Shown: piece after piece, positions 32,514 through 44,009 of the stretch
Layout: every line of letters starts with the position of its first letter
How positions within the stretch are numbered: position 1 is the first letter of the stretch
DNA from: Bacilli bacterium
GTDB taxonomy: Bacteria > Bacillota_I > Bacilli_A > JBKEDG01
Direction of reading: 5' to 3'
DNA: 64,000 nt
Assembly (NCBI GenBank): GCA_047975285.1
Contig: JBKEDG010000091.1
Span: 18 to 64,017 of the forward strand
Made by a program: the position numbers and the translations under genes
The notes under the pieces: generated by a model
Seen by the model: only the letters and a program-made list of their open reading frames with translations
Told to the model about the DNA's origin: nothing
The model's database searches: none

Positions 32514-33061
32514 TTTCTTACTCCGCAGTCGATTAAATGATCATTTATTACTCCAATAGATTGTAGATAGGAATATATAATTATAGGTCCAACAAATTTA
32601 AACCCTCTCCTCTTCAAATCTTTGCTCACTATCATACTTAATTTAGAAGCATTAGGGATATCTTTTGGACAATTTGGTTTATTATCTATAACTGCAAAGT
32701 CAGTAAAACTCCAAATATAATTATAAAATGATTTAAACTCATTTCTAATTTTAATAAATGCAATAGCATTATTTCTAACACTATATACTTTTAACTTATT
32801 TCTTACAACATTAGAAGTTTTAAGTATATTTTCAAGTTCCTCATCACTTACATTAGCAAGTTTATTGTAATCAAAATCGCAAAATGCGTTTCTATATTCT
32901 TCTCTTTTTTGTAAAATAGTATTCCAACTAAGTCCTGATTGAGCACCTTCTAGTATAATCAATTCAAATAACTTAGTATCATCGTTGGTAATAACTCCCC
33001 ATTCCTCATCATGATATTTTATTAATAATTCATTAGTTGCCCACTTACACCTATTCATCAA
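32510..33061 (-). CDS. tag: DNA-3-methyladenine glycosylase I
   Basis: RCKW, YHDEEWG, LEGAQSGLSW, GFKFVG and NDH..C. Confidence 0.95.
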   Translation of the reverse strand: MMNRCKWATNELLIKYHDEEWGVITNDDTKLFELIILEGAQSGLSWNTILQKREEYRNAFCDFDYNKLANVSDEELENILKTSNVVRNKLKVYSVRNNAIAFIKIRNEFKSFYNYIWSFTDFAVIDNKPNCPKDIPNASKLSMIVSKDLKRRGFKFVGPIIIYSYLQSIGVINDHLIDCGVRK

Positions 33062-34346
33062 TAACCACTCCTAAACAGTTGTCTTTTCCTACTCTAGATA
33101 TAGATATATTTAATAATTGTCCAATGACATATCCATTATCAATAACCTTTACGTTAATATAATTACCAGTTTTACCAAATGCGTACCCATCTTTAATAGT
33201 TTCTACAATTATTAAATCTTGATTGCTAATGTTTTCCATATAATATTTTTGTTTCAATTCCTTTGATAACTTCATTAATTTTTCACTACGATCTTTTTTT
33301 ATTTGATCATTAGTTTGCTTAAGTTTTGCTGCTATCGTCCCATTTCTTTTAGAATAAGGAAAAACATGTAATTCACTAAACCCAATTTTTACACAAGTAT
33401 TGTATGATTCTTCAAAATTATCAGCAGATTCAGTTGGATATCCCACAATAATGTCAGTAGTAATTGAAACACCTTTTATAATAGATTTTATTTTAGCAAT
33501 CTTATTTGTAAATTTTTTAGTATCATAATTTCTCTTCATTGATAGTAAAATTTCATCACAACCACTTTGAATTGGAATATGTAAGTGCTTTGCCATCCTA
33601 TGATTATCATTTATTAAATTGATTAATTTATCACTTAGCTGATTAATCTCAATTGAAGAAATTCTAAGCCTTTGCAAATCAGTTTTATCTAAAATATCTA
33701 CAATTAAATCAGTTATGTTATAATTATCAAAATCAACTCCATATCCACCAGTATGAATACCTGTTAATACAACTTCTTTATAACCATTTTTAACTAATGT
33801 ATTAATCTCATTTATAACTTGAATACTTGGTTTAGAGCGCATTAAACCTCTAGCAAAAGGGATAATACAAAAAGAACAGAAATTATTACAGCCATCCTGA
33901 ATTTTTAAAAAAGCTCGCGTATTCTCATAAAAAGTATCAGTACCAAGATCGCTCATAACTTTACTTCTCATAATATCAGAAACTACAATAAGCTGTTTAT
34001 TCTGATTCTTATATGATTCTATAATATCATAGATTTTGTTTTTATCATCATTACCTAAAATAATATCTACTCCATCAATTGTGCTTATTTCATCTTTAGC
34101 CAATTGGGCATAGCACCCCATCACAACGATAATTGCATCGGGATTAGTTCTAATTGCATTACGAATAACTTTTCTACTTTTGCTATCGCTTTTGTTAGTT
34201 ACAGTACAAGTGTTAATTATATATACATCTGCTACTTCATCATCAAACACACGTTTATATCCATGTTTATCTAAAACATTTGAAACGCTTTCACTTTCAA
34301 AAATATTTACTTTACAACCAAGAGTACTAATATTATATTTCATCAA
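33051..34346 (-). CDS. mtaB: tRNA ms2t6A37 methylthiotransferase
   Basis: TLGCKVN..ES, INTCTVT..SD.KSR, GCYAQ, CNNFCSFC and a TRAM domain; near rsmE. Confidence 0.93.
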   Translation of the reverse strand: MMKYNISTLGCKVNIFESESVSNVLDKHGYKRVFDDEVADVYIINTCTVTNKSDSKSRKVIRNAIRTNPDAIIVVMGCYAQLAKDEISTIDGVDIILGNDDKNKIYDIIESYKNQNKQLIVVSDIMRSKVMSDLGTDTFYENTRAFLKIQDGCNNFCSFCIIPFARGLMRSKPSIQVINEINTLVKNGYKEVVLTGIHTGGYGVDFDNYNITDLIVDILDKTDLQRLRISSIEINQLSDKLINLINDNHRMAKHLHIPIQSGCDEILLSMKRNYDTKKFTNKIAKIKSIIKGVSITTDIIVGYPTESADNFEESYNTCVKIGFSELHVFPYSKRNGTIAAKLKQTNDQIKKDRSEKLMKLSKELKQKYYMENISNQDLIIVETIKDGYAFGKTGNYINVKVIDNGYVIGQLLNISISRVGKDNCLGVVIDE

Positions 34347-34392
34347 AACACCACCTTAATAAAATAGGTCAATTAATGACCTATTCTACTTA

Positions 34393-36624
34393 TTACTTTA
34401 TTAAAGATTTTAGTATATCTAAAAACTCTTCTTCATGTTCTATATTTTCATTGTTAATTTTATCATTTATCATTTTAACAAAATCGTTTACATCATCTGA
34501 TACTGTGTCATCATCTAAATTAAATTCATCTTTAGGTTCTACATCGTTCTCACTAGATAATTCTTCCATAACTTCGTTACTAGATTCTAACTCTTTCACT
34601 TTAGAAACCTCAGCAAATTCATCTTTTCCTCCATAAATTGGAGAAATTACATTACTAAAGTTTGTATGCTTAGCGTAAACAGTATCTTCAACTTTCTCTT
34701 CATTTAAATTTTGTAAAACTTGAGTAGATAATTGTAATAATTCGTCATCAATTTTAAATACACTATTTATATCATCTACTACTTCTATCTCTTCCTCTTT
34801 TTCGATAACTTCTACAACCTCTTTAGTTTCATCAAGAGTTTTTGAAAGAACTTTTAAATGCCCATCAATATCATCTACAATATTATACTCTAAGCCTACA
34901 TTATCAAAATTTACATTTACATGCTTTGGATCAATCGCATCATCTAGCAATGCAAACTGATAAACATATTTAAAGTACTCATCATCTTCTGATTCAACAA
35001 AATCATCTAAGAACATATCTTCAACAATTTCTTCCATTACATTTATAGAATTAAAATTATAATTATAATCTTTTTCAGCAAAATCAAATTCTTCAAGCAA
35101 ATTCATTTCATAACTACCTAACTTATCTAATTGACTGCTAATATCGATCACAAGCTCTTCTTGCTTTAAATCTTCAATTTCAATTGAAGGATTTGTTTTT
35201 TTCTCTTCAATAATTATTCCATCATAAACATCATTAGTAGGATCTACTTCTAAAATTTCTTCTTCAAGATCGATACTGTCTAAATTAGTAACATAATCTG
35301 CAACAATAAGTTCTTCATTAACCACTACTGCTTTTTTTACATTAGAGTCAACAAGATCCATTAATTCTACATCACTAATATTATTATCAAAAATCTGAGA
35401 AATTTTATCTTCATAGTAAGTATAATTTTCTGTACTAAACAAACCAAACACAACTTTACCATCAGCAACATTTGCTATTGATTCTTGTGATGATAAACTA
35501 AAGTCAAAAATCACCATACCATCATCAAATTCAATATTATCTTCATTACTAAAATTTTCACCAAATACAAAAGAGTTAACATAAACACTTTGATCTAGAA
35601 CATCAACAAATTCAATATTTTCTAGTTTATTTAATTCTTCCACGCTTGATGAAATTGACTCCACATCAAGAAACTTAGTTGTAGTATCATTAACTATATC
35701 ATTTTCATCAAATTCAACAAACCCAAGATCGAAATCTTTTGCAAAAATTCCCTCTTCTATTGCCAAAAGTCTACGATTAATCTCATCATCAATATTATCA
35801 TTTCCTTCTAAATCATTAACTTCTGCAATAAAATCTTCATCCCAAATATCAGCATCATCTGAGAAGTCTAAATTAATTCCACTAAATACATTGGTATTTT
35901 CTTCAAAATTTTCAACTTCAGTTTCTCCTACTACATCACTTGTTTCAACAACATTAATAACAGGATCATCCGCATCATATTCTTCTAAATCATTTAGCAC
36001 AATTTTTTCTTCTTTAAGATTAAAATTATCAAATGGTTTTTCAATTTCCAAATTGTTTATAGGAAAATTTTCCTCATTAAAGATTTCATCAGTAATCAAA
36101 TCTTCATTTTTGTTTACAATTAGACTACTTTCAACATTTTCAGGGCTAGGAATCTCAGGTTTTAACTGTATACCATCATTACTTTCAACACTTACAATAT
36201 CAGACCTAGGTTCTAAGCTATTTTTTAATCCCTTGTTGTCCGCTTTTTTTTCTAATTTTTCATCTTGTAATAATTTTCTTCGTACACTTTCTAAATTTAA
36301 CTCTCTTGTTTTTTCATCAACTTTATTTTTTTTTGAAACAATTGTCTTTTCTAAATCGTTAGATTTTATACTATTAACCAGTGGTTTTTCAAGTTCTGTT
36401 TTAATTGCATCTCTTGAAATAGTTTGTGTCAGTTCCATTCTTTTTTTAGACGCTTTTTCAAACTCTTCTTTATGAAGTATACGAGTGTTATCAAGTTCTG
36501 CCTTCTTTTTTCTACTAGACAAATTAGCAATTATAATTACCACAATTAAAATTCCAATTAGAATCATTATTGCTAAAATAATCTTAGCCATATCTTGCTG
36601 TAATAATTGTTCAATTTCATTCAT
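34393..36624 (-). CDS. Very acidic membrane-anchored hypothetical protein (743 aa)
   Basis: One N-terminal TM helix, a basic segment, then ~600 aa of D/E/N/V/I-rich low-complexity sequence. Confidence 0.8.
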   Translation of the reverse strand: MNEIEQLLQQDMAKIILAIMILIGILIVVIIIANLSSRKKKAELDNTRILHKEEFEKASKKRMELTQTISRDAIKTELEKPLVNSIKSNDLEKTIVSKKNKVDEKTRELNLESVRRKLLQDEKLEKKADNKGLKNSLEPRSDIVSVESNDGIQLKPEIPSPENVESSLIVNKNEDLITDEIFNEENFPINNLEIEKPFDNFNLKEEKIVLNDLEEYDADDPVINVVETSDVVGETEVENFEENTNVFSGINLDFSDDADIWDEDFIAEVNDLEGNDNIDDEINRRLLAIEEGIFAKDFDLGFVEFDENDIVNDTTTKFLDVESISSSVEELNKLENIEFVDVLDQSVYVNSFVFGENFSNEDNIEFDDGMVIFDFSLSSQESIANVADGKVVFGLFSTENYTYYEDKISQIFDNNISDVELMDLVDSNVKKAVVVNEELIVADYVTNLDSIDLEEEILEVDPTNDVYDGIIIEEKKTNPSIEIEDLKQEELVIDISSQLDKLGSYEMNLLEEFDFAEKDYNYNFNSINVMEEIVEDMFLDDFVESEDDEYFKYVYQFALLDDAIDPKHVNVNFDNVGLEYNIVDDIDGHLKVLSKTLDETKEVVEVIEKEEEIEVVDDINSVFKIDDELLQLSTQVLQNLNEEKVEDTVYAKHTNFSNVISPIYGGKDEFAEVSKVKELESSNEVMEELSSENDVEPKDEFNLDDDTVSDDVNDFVKMINDKINNENIEHEEEFLDILKSLIK

Positions 36625-36631
36625 TCTCTAA

Positions 36632-37357
36632 CTAACCTCCTATACTCTCCATATTCGCAGCAATAATATTACAAGCACTTATTGCAGCAGTCTCTGCTCT
36701 TAAAATTCTCTTACCCAGACTAACTGGTATAAATATTTCATAATTAACTTCTTCTGTACTAAAACCACCTTCAGGTCCAATTATAATCATTATATCTGAA
36801 TCGATTTTCTTACAAAAATTTATTAAATGATGATTAGAAACATCATTAATTCCTTCATAAGCAATCAATTTGTATTTACAATCAAATTTCTTTAAATCAT
36901 CTAAGCTATAAAAGCACAAAAAACTTGGTACACAATTTCTTTTTGACTGTTGTGCTGCTTCTAAAATAATCTTTTTGAATCTATCTATTTTACTTGAACT
37001 AAAATTTGATGAATTTATGACAGTTCTTTTTGACTCAAAAGCAACAATTTCGCTAACACCTAACTCAACTGCTTTTTGTAAAACTAATTCAAAATTATTA
37101 TTTTTTAAAAGACTAACAGCAAGAATCAGGCGAAAAGGCAATTCATTATTTTCAGATATTCTTATTATTTTAAAAAATGAAATTTCAACACTATTAATAT
37201 AAATAATTTTATAAACAAAGCACTCTCCATCGCTGTTACACAATTCAACTTCATCGTTTATTTTAGCACGTAAAACTTTTGTAAGATGGTAATAGATGTC
37301 ATTTTTTTTATCCAGTTTAACAATACTATCACAGTTATCAATAAAATATCGTTGCAT
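36632..37357 (-). CDS. rsmE: 16S rRNA m3U1498 methyltransferase
   Basis: H..KVLR, QKAVELGV, EAAQQS.R, IGPEGGF and LG.RILRAETA; ATG at 37357 after GGAGG. Confidence 0.95.
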   Translation of the reverse strand: MQRYFIDNCDSIVKLDKKNDIYYHLTKVLRAKINDEVELCNSDGECFVYKIIYINSVEISFFKIIRISENNELPFRLILAVSLLKNNNFELVLQKAVELGVSEIVAFESKRTVINSSNFSSSKIDRFKKIILEAAQQSKRNCVPSFLCFYSLDDLKKFDCKYKLIAYEGINDVSNHHLINFCKKIDSDIMIIIGPEGGFSTEEVNYEIFIPVSLGKRILRAETAAISACNIIAANMESIGG

Positions 37358-37621
37358 AAATCCCTCCATATCTATTGAGTATTATAACATATTTTTAATA
37401 TAAAATCACTGTTTTTTAAATTATGAAGTGATACTAACACTAATTTTATTACATTAACCTTACATTTATTGACTATAGTTTACATTTAATTAACGAAACA
37501 AAAATCAACACAAGTCAATTAAATGTAATCTTGCTGATTTCAAATTTATCTTTTTTATTTATACATTTTCTTTTAACGCTAAATATGATAAGATTATATT
37601 GTAATATTTAGGAGGAGTATA

Positions 37622-38560
37622 ATGAAAAAATGGCAAGCAAATTTAGGGTTATTATTAGTTGCAATGATTTGGGGTGGCTCTTTCTTAGCAACCGACAACC
37701 TACTTAATTATTTTGATCCACTTAATTTACAAGTAATTAGAAATTTTATAGGTTGTATTTTATTAATAATCATTTTTTTTAAGAAATTTATTCGTGTATC
37801 TAAAAAAACTGTTCTTATTGGTTTTTTATTTGGACTTTTGTTTTTACTAGCCAACACAGTGCAATCAATTGGATTGCAATACACAACAGTAAGCAAAAAT
37901 GCTTTTTTAACCGCAAATTATGTTCTTTTTATACCTCTAGTTTCATTAATATTTTTTAAAGAAATCCCGACAAAATATATTCTAGTGGGTTTATGCTTTA
38001 TGCTACTTGGATATTTTCTTATCATTTTTGAAATAAATGTATTCTCAATAAGTTCTTACCAAAATTTAAAGGAAGAGATGCACTTTAATATTGGTGATTT
38101 TCTCACAGTAGTATCAGCTTTACTTTTTGCACTTCATATTATTGCAGTCAATCACCTTATTAAAGACCAAGACCCTATTCAAGTATTAATTTTTCAATTA
38201 CTTGCAGCCTCATTATTAGGGGCAATTTATATGTTAATATTTAATGTTGATTTCCAATTATCAAAGTTTAGTGCCATTAGTGAATTCGGTTTTTCTTTGT
38301 TCTATATGGTAGTATTATCATCAATTATTTGTTTTGGTGGACAACTAATATTTCAAAAATATACTGATAGCGCTAGTGCAGGAATATTAATGTCTTTAGA
38401 AAGTGCTTTTGCAGCAATGTTTGCAGTGCTATTTAATTACGATGACTTTTATAGTGGATTATTATTTGGTGGAGCATTGGTAATAATTGGAATTATCACC
38501 GCAGAAACAAATTTATCCTTTTTGAAAAAGAAGAAGAGTAAAGAAAAAATTCTCAAATAA
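37622..38560 (+). CDS. DMT/EamA family transporter
   Basis: IWG.SF motif, about ten TM helices in two repeats, GD.L...A...A.HI; AGGAGG SD. Confidence 0.9.
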   Translation: MKKWQANLGLLLVAMIWGGSFLATDNLLNYFDPLNLQVIRNFIGCILLIIIFFKKFIRVSKKTVLIGFLFGLLFLLANTVQSIGLQYTTVSKNAFLTANYVLFIPLVSLIFFKEIPTKYILVGLCFMLLGYFLIIFEINVFSISSYQNLKEEMHFNIGDFLTVVSALLFALHIIAVNHLIKDQDPIQVLIFQLLAASLLGAIYMLIFNVDFQLSKFSAISEFGFSLFYMVVLSSIICFGGQLIFQKYTDSASAGILMSLESAFAAMFAVLFNYDDFYSGLLFGGALVIIGIITAETNLSFLKKKKSKEKILK

Positions 38561-38794
38561 GAGAGTTTTTTTATGTTTATAACTTGAATTTAATTAAAAA
38601 TACTTAATATCTATTCACTGTATAATATAAATTTATGATAAACTATAACATTCTTACAATGCCAATTCCTATTTTTTGATAACCACTTAAATTAAAGAGA
38701 TATTTCAAATTATAATTAATATTTGTACAAGCGTTTTCAATAAATTATTTCCCATTATACCTTAAAATAATGAATCTTATATTATAAATTGAAA

Positions 38795-40399
38795 TTAGTA
38801 TACCAGTCTATTTTCAAAATAAGCAACAAATTTGATTTCACCATTGTACAAATCTTTAATTACATAAGTATAGCCATTAAGATAAAGTTTTTCAACTATA
38901 ACATACTTATACAAGTAATTAATTGATTTAGTACCATCTACAAGTCTTAAAAATAAATTATTCAACTCTTTACGATCAAGTTTAGGATAAAATCTCTTAG
39001 GTTTACAATTGATTTTATTAAGATAATCCAATATAACATAGTCACATATTTTACTATTATATTTACCTAAAAACAAGTAAAACATCTTATATATATCATA
39101 CAATTGGTAATTAATAAGTCGATAATTGTTTTTTTTTATATAATTTGAAAAATCAAGTAACACATTAAAAACATCTAGGTACTCATTTACTATAATACGA
39201 AACGTATTTTTAAAATTACCCTTATTATAGAAACGATCAACAATATTCTCAACTTCATTAATAGTATCACAATCATGCTTACTTAAATAGTTATTGTAAC
39301 TAAATTGATATGGTGCTACATTATCATAAATAATTCCATGTTCATCTACTTGACTTTTCATTTTTGTTCCATTAAGAACCTTTAAAATCCCTAGCTGATA
39401 TTCATCAGGTAATAATCTAAAAGTCTGATTAAATGAATCTACAAATTTATCATAAGTTTCATATGGTAATCCTGCAATTAAATCAAAATGAGTAATAATA
39501 TTTGTTTTATCACACAGGTCAGCCAAAATATCTTTATAGTTTTCAAAACTATGATACCTGTCAACTGCATTAATAGTTAAATCATTTACAGATTGTATAC
39601 CAACCTCAAATCTAAAACAAGTAATATCAATTGACTTTAAGTACTCTAAAAATTTTTTTGTAATAATTTCGGGTGCTATCTCAAATTGAAATGACTGAAA
39701 ATCTTTATGTTTATTCTTAATATATTCCATTATTTTAAAACACCTTTTTTCATCAATGTTAAAAGTGCGATCTAAAAACTTTACCACTTTTACATCACTA
39801 TTTATTACCAAGTCAATTAAATGATAAACATTTTCCAATTCTAAATTTACAACCTTATTTTCAAGTGAACTCATACAATAACTACACTTGTATGGACAAC
39901 CCTTAGATGTCTCTACATAAACAATCTGATTTTTATCCATGGTTATTTTATCAAAGTAAGTAATGTTATGCACGAAATTATTGTAATTACAGATAGATTT
40001 TTTATAATTATTATAAACAATGTGCTTGCTAGTTATCTCTCCAATAATAATTTCATTAACACTTTCATTAACTTCTCCTCTAAAAATATAATCAACAATT
40101 TCTAATAAATAAGCACTATCATAGCTAACCTCTGGTCCACCTGCAATAACCTTGCAGTTTGGTAATAATATTTTCAATCGTGGAATGATTTGCTTGTATA
40201 ACTCAATATTCCAAATATAAATACTAAAAAAGTAAAAAGAAGCATCTTTTTGAACTAAATCATCTAAAATATATTCAACACCTTGTTTAATATTATAAGT
40301 AACAACTTTACTTTGATTATTTAAGTACATTTGAATTATATATACTGAATTATTTATATGTATATATTTAGAATTTATTGTTGAAACTATTATTTTCAT
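38795..40399 (-). CDS. Radical SAM protein with an N-terminal B12-binding-like domain
   Basis: SIYIWN, GGPEVS, ETSKGCPYKCSYC (CxxxCxxC), EVGIQS and DLIAGLP.E; likely ATG at 40399. Confidence 0.9.
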   Translation of the reverse strand: MKIIVSTINSKYIHINNSVYIIQMYLNNQSKVVTYNIKQGVEYILDDLVQKDASFYFFSIYIWNIELYKQIIPRLKILLPNCKVIAGGPEVSYDSAYLLEIVDYIFRGEVNESVNEIIIGEITSKHIVYNNYKKSICNYNNFVHNITYFDKITMDKNQIVYVETSKGCPYKCSYCMSSLENKVVNLELENVYHLIDLVINSDVKVVKFLDRTFNIDEKRCFKIMEYIKNKHKDFQSFQFEIAPEIITKKFLEYLKSIDITCFRFEVGIQSVNDLTINAVDRYHSFENYKDILADLCDKTNIITHFDLIAGLPYETYDKFVDSFNQTFRLLPDEYQLGILKVLNGTKMKSQVDEHGIIYDNVAPYQFSYNNYLSKHDCDTINEVENIVDRFYNKGNFKNTFRIIVNEYLDVFNVLLDFSNYIKKNNYRLINYQLYDIYKMFYLFLGKYNSKICDYVILDYLNKINCKPKRFYPKLDRKELNNLFLRLVDGTKSINYLYKYVIVEKLYLNGYTYVIKDLYNGEIKFVAYFENRLVY

Positions 40400-40422
40400 T
40401 ATATCACCACGTATATTATAAC

Positions 40423-40453
40423 AAAAAAAAGGACTAATAACCACATTAGTCCT
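40423..40453 (-). terminator. Intrinsic terminator after the BMP lipoprotein gene
   Basis: AGGACTAAT-GTGGTT-ATTAGTCCT followed by a T run. Confidence 0.88.
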
Positions 40454-40461
40454 CAAATAAA

Positions 40462-41526
40462 TTATTTTAAACTTTCAGGAATAACTAAGCCTTCTTCTAA
40501 AACTGCTTTCTTTGCATCTTTAACAGCTTTAATGATTTCAGAACTTAGATTTGGATTTTCTTCTGGAATTCCAACACCATCATTTTCAAGATTAAATAAA
40601 AGGATTTCTCCTCCAGGGAACTTCCCATCCAAAGTTGCTTTAGAAACATCATACGAAGCAACATCTACTTTTTTAAGCATTGAAGTTAAAACAACAGAAT
40701 GAGAATCTTTATCATCTTTATCAATTAAACCTTCATCATATTGATTTCTATCAACTCCAATAACCCAAACTGGATTTTTTGAATCTGCACTATATCTATC
40801 AACTGCCTCACTAATAACACCATTACCACTTCCACCTGCTGCATGATAAATTATATATGCACCTTTGTCATATAATTTTTGAGCTTCAAGCTTTCCTGCA
40901 GCTGCATCAGTAAATGAGCCAGTGAATGTTACTTCAATTTTCATATTAGGATCAATTGACTTAACACCTTCTACATATCCAGCGGCAAATTTATTAATCA
41001 AATCACTGTCTTCTCCACCAACAAAACCAACTGTATCTTTACCATCTTCTTTAGCCTTCATTGCTGCTGCAACACCAACTAAATAAGACCCCTCATGTTC
41101 AGCAAATACCGCACTAGCAACATTATCTAACTGCTTTCCAGTATCTTTATTAGCAACAACCATGTCAATTAATAAAAAGTTTTGATCTGGACGTTCACTA
41201 GCAATTTCTAACATAGACTCTCCAAATTTAAACCCTGCAGCTACAATTAATTCTGGTTTTTCTTCTGCAGCATTGTTTAAATTAGGTGCATAATCTGCTT
41301 CATTAGTAGACTCAATTACCTTTGAACATACTCCCTCTTCTTCATCAACAATCTTTAAAACACCTTCATACGAACCCTGATTGAATGATGCATCTTCAAC
41401 ACCACCAGTATCCGTAACCATAATTACATTTCCATTTGAGCAATCTTTTGCTTCTTTTTTAGAAGAACAGCCTGCAAAAGAAACAACAAGTACAAGTGAA
41501 AATAAAATAACTACTATTTTTTTCAT
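40462..41526 (-). CDS. BMP-family (nucleoside-binding) ABC substrate-binding lipoprotein
   Basis: Lipobox FAG-C, TD.GG..D.SFNQ, F.EHEGSYLVG.AA and IGVDR.Q. Confidence 0.92.
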   Translation of the reverse strand: MKKIVVILFSLVLVVSFAGCSSKKEAKDCSNGNVIMVTDTGGVEDASFNQGSYEGVLKIVDEEEGVCSKVIESTNEADYAPNLNNAAEEKPELIVAAGFKFGESMLEIASERPDQNFLLIDMVVANKDTGKQLDNVASAVFAEHEGSYLVGVAAAMKAKEDGKDTVGFVGGEDSDLINKFAAGYVEGVKSIDPNMKIEVTFTGSFTDAAAGKLEAQKLYDKGAYIIYHAAGGSGNGVISEAVDRYSADSKNPVWVIGVDRNQYDEGLIDKDDKDSHSVVLTSMLKKVDVASYDVSKATLDGKFPGGEILLFNLENDGVGIPEENPNLSSEIIKAVKDAKKAVLEEGLVIPESLK

Positions 41527-41594
41527 ATATTACCTCCATATTTATATTACAATTATATCATATATATATACTGATGCAACAATTTTAATAAAAA

Positions 41595-44000
41595 TCATTT
41601 TATTACTATATTTACTAGTTTGTTGGGAACATATATTTCTTTAACGGTTTCAAAATCATCTGTATATTTTTTTACATCATCATGCAATTTAGCACATTTA
41701 ATAATTTCAGCTTTTGACATATCAACACTAACCTCAAGTTTTGCACGTAATTTACCATTAACTTGTACAACTATTGTCATCAAATCTTTTTCTAAAATAC
41801 TTTCATCATATATTGGAAATTTACTATGTGCTAAACTATCATCACTTAACTTATACATTTGATTTATTTCTTCACTAATGTGTGGTGCAATTGGAAAAAG
41901 ACATTGTAAAAATCCAAACGCATGATTCTTTGAAATAATTTTTTCTTTATACACTGAATTAGTAAAAGTCATCAACGATGATATTACAATGTTAAACTTA
42001 ATATTATCATAATCATCACTAACATTTTTCACTAATAAATTATACTCATAATCTAAATTATCATTATTCTCCAAACTAGCAACAGATTCAAACATACGCC
42101 AAACTCTTTCTAAATATTTTCTAATCCCACTAACTGCATTACTATTCCATGGTTTGGTAGCTTCAAGTGGACCCATAAACATTTCGTACATCCTTAAAGT
42201 ATCCGCTCCACATTTTTCAACGATATCATCAGGACTTACTACATTACCTAGAGATTTACTCATTTTCTCATTGTTTTCTCCAAGAATCATTCCTTGATTA
42301 AATAATTTCATAAAAGGTTCTTTTGTATCAACAACACCTATATCATAAAGTACTTTATGCCAAAACCTTGCATATAATAAATGTAAAACTGCATGTTCAG
42401 TCCCGCCAATATAAAAATCAACCGGTAACCAATTTGATAAAATTTCCCTTGCCTCTTGTGTATCAAGAGCTATTAGTGTTCCGTTCTGTCTTTTTAATAA
42501 GTAACCAATATAATACCAGCAGCTACCTGCCCATTGTGGCATTGTATTTGAATCTCTTTTCCCATTAACTCCATCTGCTCTAGTAACATTAATCCAATCT
42601 GTTGCATGTACTAGTGGTGATTCTCCAGTACCACTTGGTTTAAATTTGTCTAAATGTGGCAAAGTTATTGGTAAATCTTCATCAATTGTCATAGTGCCAT
42701 CTTCCCAATGAATAATGGGAAACGGTTCTCCCCAGTATCTTTGTCTTGCAAAAATCCAATCTCTAAGTTTGAAATTAATTTTTTGTTCTCCAAAATTATT
42801 TTTTTCGAGCCATTTGATCATTTTAATTATTGCTTCCTCGTTATTTAATCCATTTAAGAATTCGGAATTAATAATTTTCCCTTTTATCACTGGTCCAAAC
42901 GAAACGTCTCCTTCAATTACTTGAATAATTTCTAAATCAAATTTATTTGCAAATTCAAAGTCTCTTTCATCATGAGCAGGAACAGCCATAACAATACCTG
43001 TACCATAGCTTGCAAGTACGTAGTTTGATATCCAAATAGGGATTTTTTTTTCATTAACAGGATTAATTGCATAACTTCCGGTAAAAACTCCTGTTTTATC
43101 CTTATTTAATTCAGTACGCTCTAAGTCACTCTTAGCAATTGTTTCATTTATATATTGTTCAACTTCAGATTGATTATCTTTAGTAGTAAGATCCTTTACA
43201 TAATCATGCTCAGGCGCAATAACTATGTAACTACATCCAAATAGTGTATCTGGTCTTGTGGTAAATATTTCTAAACTTTCACTGAAATTTTCAACTGTAA
43301 ATTTAACACTAGCTCCTTCACTTCTGCCAATCCAATTTGCCTGCATATTTTTAATGTTTTGAGGCCAATCTAATAGTTCTAAATCGTCTAAAAGCCTTTG
43401 CGCATACTCTGTTATTTTTAAAATCCATTGTTGCATTTTCTTTTTCACAACAGGGTAGTTACCACGTTCACTAACCATCTTACCATCAATATTTAGAACT
43501 TCTTCATTACTTAATACTGTACCAAGTTCACTACACCAATTTACTTCAACATCTTTAACTTCTGCTAAGTTCTTTTTATATAATTGTAAAAAAATCCATT
43601 GAGTCCACTTAAAATATTCTGGATCAGTAGTATTTACTTCGCGATCCCAATCATAGACAAATCCCATTTTTTTTAATTGTTTTTTAAATGTTAAAATATT
43701 TTCATTAGTAAACTCTCGAGGATCATTTCCCGTTGATATTGCATATTGTTCTGCTGGCAAACCAAATGCATCCCATCCCATTGGATGTAAAACATTATAA
43801 CCTTTCATAGTTTTATAACGTGTTAAAATATCACTTCCACTATACCCTTCAGTGTGACCAACATGCAATCCCGCACCAGATGGATAAGGAAACATGTCTA
43901 AAATAAAATACTTATCTTTGTGATTTTTTACGTCGATATAATAGCTCTTATTTTCATTCCAATAATTTTGCCATTTCGTTTCGTAACTCTTATGATCCAT
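41595..44000 (-). CDS. leuS: Leucine--tRNA ligase
   Basis: MFPYPSG.GLHVGH, editing domain and KMSKS; upstream T-box has a Leu specifier. Confidence 0.98.
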   Translation of the reverse strand: MDHKSYETKWQNYWNENKSYYIDVKNHKDKYFILDMFPYPSGAGLHVGHTEGYSGSDILTRYKTMKGYNVLHPMGWDAFGLPAEQYAISTGNDPREFTNENILTFKKQLKKMGFVYDWDREVNTTDPEYFKWTQWIFLQLYKKNLAEVKDVEVNWCSELGTVLSNEEVLNIDGKMVSERGNYPVVKKKMQQWILKITEYAQRLLDDLELLDWPQNIKNMQANWIGRSEGASVKFTVENFSESLEIFTTRPDTLFGCSYIVIAPEHDYVKDLTTKDNQSEVEQYINETIAKSDLERTELNKDKTGVFTGSYAINPVNEKKIPIWISNYVLASYGTGIVMAVPAHDERDFEFANKFDLEIIQVIEGDVSFGPVIKGKIINSEFLNGLNNEEAIIKMIKWLEKNNFGEQKINFKLRDWIFARQRYWGEPFPIIHWEDGTMTIDEDLPITLPHLDKFKPSGTGESPLVHATDWINVTRADGVNGKRDSNTMPQWAGSCWYYIGYLLKRQNGTLIALDTQEAREILSNWLPVDFYIGGTEHAVLHLLYARFWHKVLYDIGVVDTKEPFMKLFNQGMILGENNEKMSKSLGNVVSPDDIVEKCGADTLRMYEMFMGPLEATKPWNSNAVSGIRKYLERVWRMFESVASLENNDNLDYEYNLLVKNVSDDYDNIKFNIVISSLMTFTNSVYKEKIISKNHAFGFLQCLFPIAPHISEEINQMYKLSDDSLAHSKFPIYDESILEKDLMTIVVQVNGKLRAKLEVSVDMSKAEIIKCAKLHDDVKKYTDDFETVKEIYVPNKLVNIVIK

Positions 44001-44009
44001 AACTTCCTC

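Noticed and set aside
38575-38790. AT-rich gap with a cre-like 14-mer and a short hydrophobic ORF
   Set aside because: Two mismatches to the cre consensus, located between convergent genes; the ORF is ~16 codons with no good SD.
41552-41579. (TA)5 tract in the 16-nt spacer of the BMP lipoprotein promoter as a phase-variation switch
   Set aside because: The tract is short, similar TA runs occur elsewhere in this AT-rich DNA (e.g. ~11089-11099), and there is no evidence of length variation.
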